Below, one piece after another: positions 42,405 through 54,330 of a stretch of 64,000 bases of DNA (positions within the stretch are counted from its first letter, which is position 1; each line of letters opens with the position of its first letter). This DNA is from Psammoneis japonica (Eukaryota). Location: positions 620,001 through 684,000 of the forward strand of contig QPGO01000021.1 in the NCBI GenBank assembly GCA_008632985.1, in the 5' to 3' direction. The position numbers and the translations under genes were made by a program. The notes under the pieces are model-generated. The model was not told the DNA's origin, did not search any database, and worked only from the letters and a program-made list of their open reading frames with translations.

Positions 42405-44869
42405 TTATGAAGTGTCGTCAAACGTTGTTGTCCTTGCAAACGGCGGATCCAGACCGTAAGATTTGGCAAGCAGCTCCAGTCGCCGACAAAGAACATCAGG
42501 ATCGTGTTCAACCAGCATTTTTCTCGATAGAAGGATGTCATTGAAATCTTCATTCATTGCCCATTGCGCTGTACAGGGCTCCGGATCTGAGCACATGCCC
42601 CCTGTCCAGCATGATCCTTGCTTCGGAGTTCTTATCAGGTGGATAATCTTGCCGGGCGGATACAAACGAATATCTTCCATGTCCCGATCACGTTTTAGTT
42701 GCTGCTGATACTCCTTGTACTCTTCCAACTGTCGACTGAATTCAGAAGATGGTATGCTGTGTCTTTTATGGAGAATGTCGTCGTTATCCCGTTTCTTCCG
42801 ACAACTCGTGTCGAACACTTCGTGCTTTGGTACCTTTATTCTCGCAATCATCTCAAGGACATCGTTACGCAAGTTTTCCATTGACTGGAGGGACAGTCGA
42901 GGAACAAAATCTGTGTCATTGACAAAACATGTAGTGTAGCTCTTGCACTGCAGAGCTGATCTCTCGGACACCACGCAACCTGGAGGTGAGAAACTTATGC
43001 AGCGCAGATTGGGGAAGCTGCTTCGGATCATTAGCGATAGGACCACAGCGCACCCTGCCCCCAATGAGTGACCAACTGTACGAAGTGTGTACTCAGGGTA
43101 TTTGGGCGAATCCCCCAACAATAGCTCTTCCAATATTCGATGGCTTTTCGAATGGAGAAGGCGAACAAATTTGGTAAGAACCAAAATCTGTGCAATTGTA
43201 GAACCCATTCACAAATACGAGTTTCGGCGTACCTCTGCAAATCTGAGTAGATCCATTCGACACAAGCTAGAATCCCTGCATGGCAATACTCGCCGTCTCC
43301 GTCAAAACCGCAACGTTTACCCAAGTCATCCATAGGTTCAGGGCGGATGCTCACGTCCGCCGCCAAGTCGTCAAGGGAGAATGTTCCTCTCACCGCAAGG
43401 ACGACGGATTTCCACTCATGGTCGATAGCAATGCAGTATGGCGTAACTGCAAAGCCCTCTCGAAACTGAGCGTACGCTATATTCGATTCGTCAAAGCCAC
43501 ACCTCTTTAGCAAACTTGTTTCATTCCAGCCACAAACGTTGTCACCGACAATGTTGTGTTTTTGACCACAGCATCGTCCATGCGAAGACGATTGCAGCTG
43601 ATTACGAAGCCAACTGCCGACAAAAACACAATGGGCAGTGCAGATGTGACTCTTAAAGTACATCATCCACCCATAAATAGCTGTGGCAACTCGAATGAAT
43701 CGAGCTCCCTCACAGATTGCGAATTGGTCCTGTTCATTGTCCGCTGAAAGCACGCTTCTCACAATAGGTTCGTATTCAACGTGGGAGCCGTCGCGACGCA
43801 TGTGGTATTCCAGGTTCATTGTCGGAGGAACCTCCGTGTGAAGGTTGGAAACCTCGTCTTCCTTCTTCTTTGTATTAGCTTCAGTCTCGCCCTTCAAATC
43901 TCGTACAATCTCCATCGCTTCATTGGCCATCTCCTTATCACTCTCTCTTAAGAGTCCATTTTCTTCGTCAGAAATCATATCTTGATTGCACTTACTCATG
44001 AGAAGCATCTCCCGACATTCTTTTTGTCGCTGCTCCTGCACACGCAACAGCATCATGAGACCAACCATGACGTCGGTGGCAGTAACGTCAAGCTTTCCGC
44101 CATCGTCAAAGAAATCCGCTAACGCCAAGGAAACATCTGTGAAATTACCCGTGCCGCTCTCACGTCCTCCACAGAGACAGCACGTCACCAACGATGAGCA
44201 TGCACAGCAGAAATGGCATGCAATCTTCCACTTGGTCTGGGAAGACAATACTTGTCCAGTCAAGGAACGAACGTGGTTGCGAGGCCGCAATTTTTTGAGT
44301 AATACCCAAGCCGCAAAAATACCAGAAAGAATCAACTCGACCATATGAGTAACCCCCAACGCGAGCAATATCCTGTAAAACCGGTTGTAATCCTCGCACT
44401 CCGATTCAAACTCCAATTCCTCCTCCTCGTTATCCAAGCAGTCGCAAAATTCCCTTACACTCGATTGAAGCAAAAGAACCAAAACAAACACAAACACCCG
44501 TAAAAGAAGCACGGGAATAAGTTTGATCTTGCAGAGAGGGACAAGTCTTGAACGTTTTTCAGGTTCGGTCGGAGTCCCACGAATCGAATTTCTCCAGATT
44601 GCAAGTTCCAAAAGAAAACTGGTGATTACCAACACGAGACACCCACCCCAATACACATAGAAGAGAGCAATAAAGCTATTAGCTGTGTTGCTGAGATTGT
44701 CTTGTTTTCGACATTTCTCAATGTCCTTCTCGTTTACATCTTGGGAAAGCAACAGCAGAACAAGCAGAGCAAACTGAAGTATCCGAAAAAGCATCATAAG
44801 TATGCAGTGCAATCGCAAATCATCTCCTGCCACGGGAGTTCGGAGGCCAAACAGGATAAGTGCCGGCAT
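42405..44869 (-). CDS. Class-3 lipase, sn1-diacylglycerol lipase (DAGL)-like, with N-terminal TM helices; intron 43144-43232
   Basis: Starts MPALILFG; ~4 TM helices; VLAVRGTFS, HAGIL, GHSLG nucleophile, FSPPG, DFVPRLS, LYPPGKIIH; GT-AG intron joins LQ-S-HRIL. Confidence 0.9.
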
Positions 44870-45349
44870 TATGCTGACACTTATGAGTGAGAGAAGCAAT
44901 CGTAACTACAAGAAGGGCAGTCTATTCCAGCGACAGCGACGGCAACATCACCATTGTCTTCGCGTCTTCTATATATTTTATTGCTTTCGCCGAATTTTTG
45001 TGCATCGCGCGCGCCTACCCAGAATAAGTGCTGCACGTGTGAGGAGATGATGCGGCAAACGAAAAGATGAGATCACGAATTATTTCTTCGTTGGGTAATT
45101 CAAGTCCACTTCCCTAGTTAGTTGGGCTACAGCTAGAGCTGATAGGTACAGCATTGCCCCTTCTAAGAGTGCAGTTCGAAATTCGAGCTACCAGTGGAAT
45201 GTTACATAATTGGAGTCGACAAGCTCTGCATATCCGACTTCCTCTTCTATGCACTCTAGAGGGCATTTTTGAAGATGTCTTGAGCGAATACCAGATAAGC
45301 TCAAACTCAAAAAAGAAGTGAGGGTTGCTGCAACGAGTAGGCTAAAGAA

Positions 45350-46315
45350 TTACTTCGGTCGACGACGCATTTCAAAAATCGGAGCATAGTCTTCTTCTTG
45401 GCCTTTTTCTTTCCGTTTTGAGGCAAATCCACGTTTCGTATCCAAACATAATTGTGCTTCCTCTACGTTGTCATACAAGGCAATTACAGTCGATTCGCTT
45501 TTGTGAGTTTCCACAATCTCAAACCAGAATCCTTCTGATGATGATGAGGATTCTCCATCGCCGTCGGTTGAATCTGCAGCTAGCGAGGAGGACTGGAGCA
45601 AGGTTACATCGTTGCTTTCTCTGGTAGAATCGTGTGGATCACTTGATACGTGGAGATTTTCCGTGTTTGTCGAAGGGTTGACCTCAGCTTCTGCCACTGA
45701 TGCACCTAAGTCTTTGTTCTCCAAACCTATCTCCGTCCTCTGATGATCCTTCATTTCTTGTTGTGCTTTCAATTCTTCTAGCTCTTCTTTTTCTTGCAGA
45801 TCATCAAGGATAGTCTTCAAGGTATCATGGTCATCAGTTGCTTCAATGTCGTGTTTTAAGGCTAGGCTGGCCTGAATTGGAGTTAATCGCTTGATCTGAT
45901 CAGTCTCGTACCCTAGTCTCTCTACCAACTCGGTTCGTTGTGTCGCTGTAATCATGAAGGCTACTCGTGCTGTTTTTGGCCCTTTTTGCTTTGATATTGT
46001 GACATCAGTTGATTCCTGTGAATTTATGTTCCTGCTGCTGTGATGCTTGAAGAATGTAAAGTTCTTTTCCTTTTCCAAATACCCCAAAATTCCGTAGTAT
46101 CTCACCAGCCCGATTTGCTTGTGAAAGTTGAGAAGAGACACGGCGACATTGTTGCTTTCCCGTTGTGCTTGTAACATTACAACTGGGAGTAAGTCATCTT
46201 TTCGAACACTTCTCGTCCGTATCAAGGCAGATCCCAATTGATAACTCTCCCATCCAAACCTGCGCGTCCTGGTCACGAATTGGCGCAAGGACGGCGGCAC
46301 CGGTACTTTCATCAT
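45350..46315 (-). CDS. Hypothetical protein
   Basis: 321-aa ORF with FMIT...R.EL..LGY..DQI..LTP motif; normal composition. Confidence 0.7.
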   Translation of the reverse strand: MMKVPVPPSLRQFVTRTRRFGWESYQLGSALIRTRSVRKDDLLPVVMLQAQRESNNVAVSLLNFHKQIGLVRYYGILGYLEKEKNFTFFKHHSSRNINSQESTDVTISKQKGPKTARVAFMITATQRTELVERLGYETDQIKRLTPIQASLALKHDIEATDDHDTLKTILDDLQEKEELEELKAQQEMKDHQRTEIGLENKDLGASVAEAEVNPSTNTENLHVSSDPHDSTRESNDVTLLQSSSLAADSTDGDGESSSSSEGFWFEIVETHKSESTVIALYDNVEEAQLCLDTKRGFASKRKEKGQEEDYAPIFEMRRRPK

Positions 46316-46599
46316 TTTTTTCTACAATCTCAGGCGATACCTTACGACGTTCTTTTTAACATCTCGCTCTGATCTTATGGTGCGCTATTGTGCTGTCACT
46401 TTGAAACCTTAGGACATGTACAATGACAACGAGAATGACTGATGTCATCGCGCGCTGCATGTCCTCGAGCGACAGTAATCTGGAAATCTCGTCATCCCGT
46501 CGTCATCGTTGTTTTCGTGGTTTCGTCGAGTGATGCGCGACTCACTCGACTTCTCTTTGCGCACATAAACCCGCAGTGAGCTCAAATCCAGTTTGAACG

Positions 46600-49500
46600 T
46601 CGTCTTGGCGCATCACCATGATGTTGCCAAGTAAGATTCTTGCGGTTGATGTGAATGGCGTTGAGATCAAAAGGAAGCTTAGAAGCGAGGGTGGTTGCAA
46701 GAATTTGGTCTGGAATGTTGGCAGTGTTGAGCCATTGAACAAGGACGAGCAGTGCATTGTTGAAGACTTGGAGTCGTCACTTGAGGAGGAGGACGGCAGA
46801 TGCAAGAGAGGGCCAAGCAACTTGAACAGAATTTCCACTGAATGACCAGAGAAGATTGCTGCATTTGTGGAAGCCGAGATGGGCAATTGAACCAAAAACA
46901 AGCACATGCATTGTGTGCCACCTCTTCACACTGGCCGCTTGAGGCATCAAGCATGGTCAATTGAGCAAGGCAGTGTGTGGCCAACAACACAGGGTGTCAC
47001 AAAGATCCTCCACTGTGCAAATGGAATTTTCAAATGAGTGATGGAGAGACACAGAACAAGGGCAATCATCATGGAGGGTCCTGGGGCCACTCTTGAGTGG
47101 CTGAAAGACAATTTTTTGTGGCATCAAGTGGCCCACATGACATGGAGGTTGTTGCCGGTGCAAAACTCCCAAAAAGCAAAAACAAAGTCACAGAAGTGCC
47201 ACAGGAATGACTGACATTTTAATTGACAAAGCAACAGACATCCACAAAATTGTTGACTTTTGGCTCTGCATTGGGTCTTGTTTCACTCAAGCCTGACAAG
47301 CACCCTTTGAAGGTTGGACAACATTTGCTCTGGAGCCATTGTCTTTGTGTCTGTGACAATCACCTTCAAGAAAGCCATTGCACTTCTTGCAACCAGCTGC
47401 AGTGCAAAGTGGGAACTTTCCTTTTTTTGGATAGCCACACAGTGTTGTCCAAAGTCCACAAGGATTGTGGCAGGCAGCAAAGCCTGGGATGACTTTTTGC
47501 AGCTGCTCAATTCTGTCAGCAATTGTGGCTGCACCAACAAAATCAGTTTGTGGGTTTTGTCATTGCCTCAATTTGTTGAGCATGATTTGGCAGAATTTGA
47601 TGCATCAGGCAGGGACAAGAAGAAAGAAAAAGATCTGGAGAAGATGAAGCCAGTGGTGTGGCAACAGTGGCAGAACTCCCCAATCTCAAACTGGAGTGCT
47701 GCCAACACAGTTGCAAATCATGAGCAGCAGCATTCTCCCCAATGTGCCATTCTTGCATGCCATCATCTTCAACAGCAGCAGCAGCCAATGGGAAAGTCAT
47801 TTTTCAGTGGGTGAAAGGCTGCTTTTGCTTGTTGCTGCTTGCACCAAAGCAAGAAGTCAAGAGTTGGTGTGTTGACTGCATCCATTGCCAGTGGCCCAAT
47901 GGCTGAAGCTGTGCCATGGTCATGACCACCATGGCAGCTGGTTTGTCAAACCCCACCTCAATGGAATGATGTCCCAGCTTGAACCTGGCAGGGGGGTCCC
48001 CACCAGGGTTGTCAAGGGTGCCATCTGACATCCTGTTGCTGGGGCCAATGATGGTGTTGTGATAAAATCAGAAGCAACATCCTTCATGCATGGAACACTT
48101 CTGTTTGTGATGTGCCAAGGGCACATTGACAATGCAGAAGTTCTTTATCCTCTTGGAGCCAACTTCATTGTCTCCATCTAAGTTGCTGGGTTGCATGGAG
48201 ACCTCTGAGAAAATGCTGTTGCAATGGAGAGATTCTGCCAGATCACTGCCATGACCCTGTTGAAAAGGCAAATGAGCAGGTGTTTCACACACAAATCAAC
48301 TGTGTGAGTGTCTCCCCACAACTGCAACCTCTGCAACATCATGCAAGGGAGTGTCTTTGCCCTGCTTGCTTGGCAGCAAAATTGTCAATGTGGATGCTTG
48401 GCTCTTCTGCTGTTGGCTCATGGACATGCAAGCACAATGCAAAATGACAGGAGCAGCAAGCAAAAGGAACACAATCACAACCATGCCGTTGGATTTGATC
48501 ATCCAAAGTGGCAAGCTGTCACAGCAATTGTGCACACAACAGCAGAGTTTTCTTCATGTTTGCACAACATGACATCTTCTGGAGGATCTGCAAACAGACC
48601 ACAGCAGTGCACTCACCCCTTGCAGGAAAGGCACCAAAAAGGGGGTGCAGTTGCAAAGTTTGGATGTTTGTTCATGCTGTGGGTGATGCAAAAAGAGAGA
48701 AGAACAACTGCAACACACACCACACTCCAAAGTGAGCTCAGAACCCAGCACATTTTGACACTTTGAGAAAACTCCTTTGGTGTTGTTGGGAAAGTTTTGT
48801 TTGGCTTTTGCAAAAGCAGGTGTTGAACTTGGGCTCAAAACTGTGGTGGCAATGGTGCTCTCTTCTTGGCTCACAACTGAAATTACAAAATGGTCTGCTT
48901 CGATGCATCTCCTCAAAAACCTCTGATGAGCCACAGGGCATGTTGCAACAACTGCCCCTCTGTTGTCAAAGATTGGTCCCCAAGCATCATCTTTGCAACT
49001 GGATGAGAGTCAAACATGACACTGGCACATCAAGGATTGGCTGCAAACTCACACCGGCATTTCCCACCTCTTTCATTGAGGAAAAAAAGCCAGTGATGGG
49101 CCAACTCAATTTGGTTGGTCAGAAGCTGGAGAAAGAGTGTGAAAGATGCTGTTGCTTTCAACCAAAGCAACTGCCTTCAACACCTTCTGCTTGAGGGAAA
49201 TGCTGCACTTGGTTTCTGGCATGGCAAAACAACCATCACATTGCTGATTCATGAAAGGAAACAGCAGCTTGCATGGAAATTTGTGTCACATGCCACAAGA
49301 GCCACATTCAGGCCTGTCCAGCATGGACAGGTCAAGAAACTCAAGGCTTTTTTGAAAGAGGTGGGGCCATCTGGCAGTTTTTGGTGTGGTGCTGGCAACC
49401 ACTGCTGCAGGAGAGGGTTGGTAGAATGAGCAGCATCATTTGCAGGTGCTGAAAAGTTGCAGCACCACCGCTGAAACTTTTGCACAGCTTGTGCGGGTGC

Positions 49501-51640
49501 TGTGAGGGGGGGCATCAAAGCCTCCATCTTGAGCTTCACAACCACCCTGACCCAATCACCCTCATCCTTGACCACCTCTGTAACATCCTTGACATCTTTG
49601 ACCTGCAGCACTCTGACAATTGGGATGAACCAGGATGAGACTGCAGCTGCAACACAGGTTGTTGTGCAGGTCAGTCTGGAAGGTTGGTTGGCAGCAAAGG
49701 TCTTAAGCAAAAAGCAAGTTTGGTTGAGAACCAAATGAAAAATTTACAAAAAATGTGAAAATGTCACTCTCAACAAGAACACTTTGATGTCACAAATCTG
49801 AGCATCAATCATTTCCAAAAAGCAGATGCACTGTGAAGCTGCAACACACACCCAAGATTGCAAATGGTTTGTTGATCAAAACTTGTTTAAAGTGACAATG
49901 TTTGTTTGATGATTGAGGTGTGAAGCAGATGCCTCATTTGAGCAGAGCAATGTTGCAAAAATCTTTGCTGACTGACAGTCAAAATGGTTTTAAGAAAGCA
50001 GCCTCTGATGACATGATGCAGGGAGAAATCACCAGGCCAATGAAAAATCAACAACAAACATGTGAGAAACACCAAGCTGCAAGGAGATTTGAAAAACACA
50101 CAAACAAATGACAACTTGCACCACCACCAACAAGCAACATAACTTGCACATCAGCAAACTCCAGCAAACACAAACCAGACAAGGACGTGGGAATGGCAAG
50201 ACCTTTTGCTTTGCTTTGGGCTGCTCTTGCTTTGGCCTTTTGCCAACACAGAGGACGAGAGTGGCAACACACAAAACAAGGGGAAACAGGCTGGGTGCAG
50301 GTGAGTTGAAAGCAGACAATGATGTGCTGTGCCATGCTTGCCACCAAACATGCATGACGAACTGGCAATTCTGCTGACAATTGGTCTTGTGCTGCAGAGA
50401 AAAAGCTGTGACACAAAATCAACTGATGTGCCAGCCACATTTTGAAACACACTCTTTTTTGTTTGCCAGGTGCAAAGCAAGTCACAAAACTGTGCTGTTC
50501 TTGTTTTGCACAGGGCAGTTGCCAGACATTGGCACAAGCTTTCCACCTGGACTCTTTTTAATCTCTGACAACATGCCACAATGCAAGTGCTTCATTGAGA
50601 AGGAAGCAAAGGAAAGCTGTGGACCCCATTTCTGTTGTCTTGTCCCCACAGGATTTGCAGCCCCAAGGCAGTTCATTGTGAGAAGTGTTGTGTCTCTTTT
50701 GGCTGGTCACCTCATCAAAATGAGGCTGCACCCCAAATTGTGATGGCTGTCACTGGGCATTGCTCAAGCTCACAAACTGTGTGGGGTGTGGTTGCAGCTG
50801 CACATGTTGCATTGCTTCCATGGCATGTTGGCTCACAATTCTCACTCAACATGTTTTTCAGCTTCCAGCACATCCCTTTCCTGGGTGTCAATCTCTGCTG
50901 CCACCCTCTTTTTCCTTGCCATCTTCCCATCATTTTGCCGCTGCCATTGCTTTCTTCACATTCTTGTTGTGCTTTCACTGCCACCAATGCTTTCTTTTTC
51001 TTTTTGTGCTTTCACTTTGACACTCTCTCTCTCATTGAATTTGCAGCAGCCATCAAAGATGTCTCTTGCATGAGCTGTGCCATGCAGCAAGGAGAGGTGG
51101 GGGGCAGTGCACAGCTTGTCATTTAAAAAGAGCGCAAAACCTGGGCATGTCTCTTGTTGGGCTCACCCACCAGTGCTGGTGCAGGTTTTTTGAGAAATTT
51201 GCCACAATCACTGGATCCAAGCATCCATTTTTCCTCTTGGCATCATCTTCCACGCAATCCAAGCTTTTTCATGGTGGGAGGCAACAGTCACAAAAAGCAG
51301 ATGAAGAGCAAGAAAAGCTGTGCAGGAGAAGAGCAAAAAGATGCTGACACAGCACAGGGCTTTGTAGAAGGTGGGATGAGGGGAGGGGAGGCGAAGAGCA
51401 CGCATTGAAAGATGGTGCACAAGGTCACACCCAAGTGTTTTCTTTGAGTGGCCCGCTGAGACGAGGAAGAAGCGGTGCGATGGGTGCTGCCAAAGTGGTC
51501 ACTGGAAAGACGGTTCCAGGCATCAGCAGAAGAAAGGAGGGTAGAAGGGGAGGTCAGGGCGTGGAGAAAGGCAGAGTAAGAAGCATCTCTGCCTGTCATC
51601 AAGACGAGCTGACTTCCCTTCTTCAACCAGATCTTGTTGC
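46600..51640. other. CpG/TpA-depleted tract 5 (decayed coding-like DNA, origin not identified)
   Basis: About 5 kb with almost no CG or TA; decayed ORF starting MMLPSKILAVDVNG at 46618. Confidence 0.9.
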
Positions 51641-51955
51641 ACACATGCCGCATGCCGGTACACGGACATTATAAGTTATCCATGTTTGAATATACAAATG
51701 TTTTTGGAATCAGCGATTCTATAAATATGTATACGTACTGTTTATAATATTCTACTTATTTTAGCGATACTAACGTTTGCCGCCAAAATCTGCATTCGCC
51801 CATCACATAAAAATCGGCGAACCACAACTTGACAAACAAGACGTGCCTAAACAGTATCGTACGTTGCTTTGCGACAGCTACTGTAGAGTACCAGTGCAAT
51901 TGTCGCGTTGCCGATATATTAAAGCGGCTTTAGAAACTTGAGGAGTTGATTGACC

Positions 51956-52663
51956 ATGGACTTTTCCACCGTCACTGCCGTACCAGATATTCTCGTGTCG
52001 ACGCCTTCGGAATTCGACGTACCTTTGGGACCCGAGGACGTGCAACTCGTCGCCGACTTTGATCAGGCATGGTTGGATTTCCTTCAAAAGTATCCGAATC
52101 TCATACCAAAGGGAGAAAAAACAGCTCAGATCAAAGCAATGAGAGACGGCGTGGCAGAAGCAAAAACGCAAAAAGAGGCTGTTGAAAAGGAACTCAAGAG
52201 TCAACTCGAACTCCTCAACAGCGCTTTTGAAAAGGTTGAAGAGTCTGAAACCAAAGAGATGGAGGAAGCCATTACCCATCAGAAACTGTTGAGGGAGCAC
52301 TTGCAAAGGAGCCTCAATCAGATCAATGATACGGCTGAGATTATGAGCGAAACTGAGCCGTGGGAACGCTTCTGCCATTCTCTGGAACAGGCCTCCGCGG
52401 AGGAGGAATCCAAACTTTCAAAAGCAAGCAAGCTAGTCAAGCCCTCAGCTCGGGCTTTTCACTTGATTGAACCATCTGAAAACGCCATTCATGATGATTT
52501 CCGGGCATACCAAGTGGATCACGCTCTTCTTAAGACCCAGGTCGCGATGCTGAAGAAAGAGTTGGAGCAATACAAACAGATGACGGAGACATCGCAGGTG
52601 GTTGGTCAGTTCTTGACTGAAAACAACATTTGGAGCATCATGACCAAACCAACGGACGTGTGA
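51956..52663 (+). CDS. Hypothetical coiled-coil protein
   Basis: ~235-aa ORF with E/K/Q-rich heptads. Confidence 0.75.
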   Translation: MDFSTVTAVPDILVSTPSEFDVPLGPEDVQLVADFDQAWLDFLQKYPNLIPKGEKTAQIKAMRDGVAEAKTQKEAVEKELKSQLELLNSAFEKVEESETKEMEEAITHQKLLREHLQRSLNQINDTAEIMSETEPWERFCHSLEQASAEEESKLSKASKLVKPSARAFHLIEPSENAIHDDFRAYQVDHALLKTQVAMLKKELEQYKQMTETSQVVGQFLTENNIWSIMTKPTDV

Positions 52664-53055
52664 AGAAGATTCTAGTGCTATGTTGGCAACAAGATTGAAA
52701 GAAGCGGCGGTTGTAAGTTATTTGTAGTTTCTAAAGAAGTGTATTTTTTGTTCATACCGCACAAGCTCTTGCATCTTTAGACGAGTGCTTCGCTTTGCAA
52801 GGTACAGTAGTTTACTGAATGCAGGGCCTTCCAACAAGCATGGGAAGGAATACAGTAGCTATGGCTTAGCCCAATGAAGACGACTGTCGTCGGTCCGTCC
52901 AAGCCAAAGTGACGTGATGTCTGTGTCTGTACTATTTAATTCTGTGCACAGTACGAACGTACGGTATCTTTTCGCCGCGCAGATGGAAGCGGTAAAAGGA
53001 ACCCGAGCAGAGAACATCTTGTTGCTTGTTATTCGCTTATCTTCCATTCGTCACG

Positions 53056-54207
53056 ATGGCTGCTCCAAATGCTTTGCCACCGGTGCCACCGCCAGTTCCT
53101 GACATAAAGCGTGCAATGCTTGATCAGAAGATTACGTTGATTGAAACTGTGAACGGCACAGAGAGACTGAATCATGATCAGACAGTTGATCTCATGCGCA
53201 GAGAGGACCCGCAGTATGCCTATCGCATAGACTGGCGCACAGTGAGTCCTTTGGATATTCGTGATAGAGGTTCAACTTTCCAAGTAATTTTACTGCAGAG
53301 GGAGAGGGAGCATCAAAATCATATTCAACAGCATGATGCGCCCATGGTCTTTCGAAATTCTGGAAACCGTTTATTCATCAAGCGCTTGGATCGACGTTAT
53401 ACCGAACATCCCGACCGCATCGTTCTTGAGAATTGTTTTACAGAAGTCGGAATCATGCAGCATTTTGCCGGTAACGGAACGCACCTCATGTCTTGCTTTG
53501 AAGCGCTATGGGATGATGATTACCTTTACATTGTGATGCCATTAATGGAACATGGCGACTTAGAGCGACATGTTAACTGGTCGCGGCGTTTTGGAGTTGG
53601 TCATTTCAGAACAGATGGCGGTATCGTTATGCCGGGTGTGCATACAGTTGCAATGAGAATCGTGGAAAGCCTAAGTTATTTTGCCAGCCACAGGCTGGTG
53701 CATCGTGATCTAAAGCCCGAGAATATCCTCGTGAATGCAGCTGCCTTACTGTTTCCTCTGGCAGACTTTGCCCAGACGTTGCGCATAGATCAGGATGCTG
53801 AGCTAATAAAACTTGCACATGGTGGTCTTGTTGGTGGCTCTGAGACGCACATATCTCCAGAAAGATTGTCGAATCATGCGTTCAATGGCAAGGCTGACGT
53901 CTGGGCTTTTGGCGTCGTCCTTTTCAACATGATAACCGGGCATCGATTTGATGGTCCATCATCTAGAAGCGATCGTCTGTACCACTTTTTCATTAGAAGA
54001 AGAGGTCTGACGAACAGGGATATCCGTAATCGAAAGCTTCGACTTTTCAGGTTGAGGCACATACGTAATGATCCGTTACTCAACTGCATAAAGGCTGTTG
54101 AAGACATTGGTGGTCCGGGGCGACACCTCTTGCAGTGGCTTCTAGAGGAAAAGCCAGGTGATCGACCAACGATAGACCAAATTCGAGGACATCGATTCTT
54201 CGGATAG
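53056..54207 (+). CDS. Ser/Thr protein kinase (divergent, CAMK-like)
   Basis: LFIK, HRDLKPENIL, ADFA (DFG variant), ISPE, DVWAFGV, RPT; no canonical Gly-rich loop. Confidence 0.9.
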   Translation: MAAPNALPPVPPPVPDIKRAMLDQKITLIETVNGTERLNHDQTVDLMRREDPQYAYRIDWRTVSPLDIRDRGSTFQVILLQREREHQNHIQQHDAPMVFRNSGNRLFIKRLDRRYTEHPDRIVLENCFTEVGIMQHFAGNGTHLMSCFEALWDDDYLYIVMPLMEHGDLERHVNWSRRFGVGHFRTDGGIVMPGVHTVAMRIVESLSYFASHRLVHRDLKPENILVNAAALLFPLADFAQTLRIDQDAELIKLAHGGLVGGSETHISPERLSNHAFNGKADVWAFGVVLFNMITGHRFDGPSSRSDRLYHFFIRRRGLTNRDIRNRKLRLFRLRHIRNDPLLNCIKAVEDIGGPGRHLLQWLLEEKPGDRPTIDQIRGHRFFG

Positions 54208-54330
54208 GAGAAGGGCGTGGCCCAAAAGTTGTTCAGAAGTTGAAAAACAAATAATATACTACACTTGGGCATTTTGCTTTCTCAATAGAGAATAACGATC
54301 ATTAACATTGCACTTATATTCGTAGGCTTG

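Noticed and set aside
48290..48400. PIF1/Helitron helicase motif (PTTATSA)
   Set aside because: Isolated weak match with no other helicase or Rep motifs
46600..51640. Foreign DNA (viral or HGT) with an intrinsically different composition
   Set aside because: The same signature is imposed on a native lipase duplicate and grades through native-type genes; cannot be excluded for this tract alone
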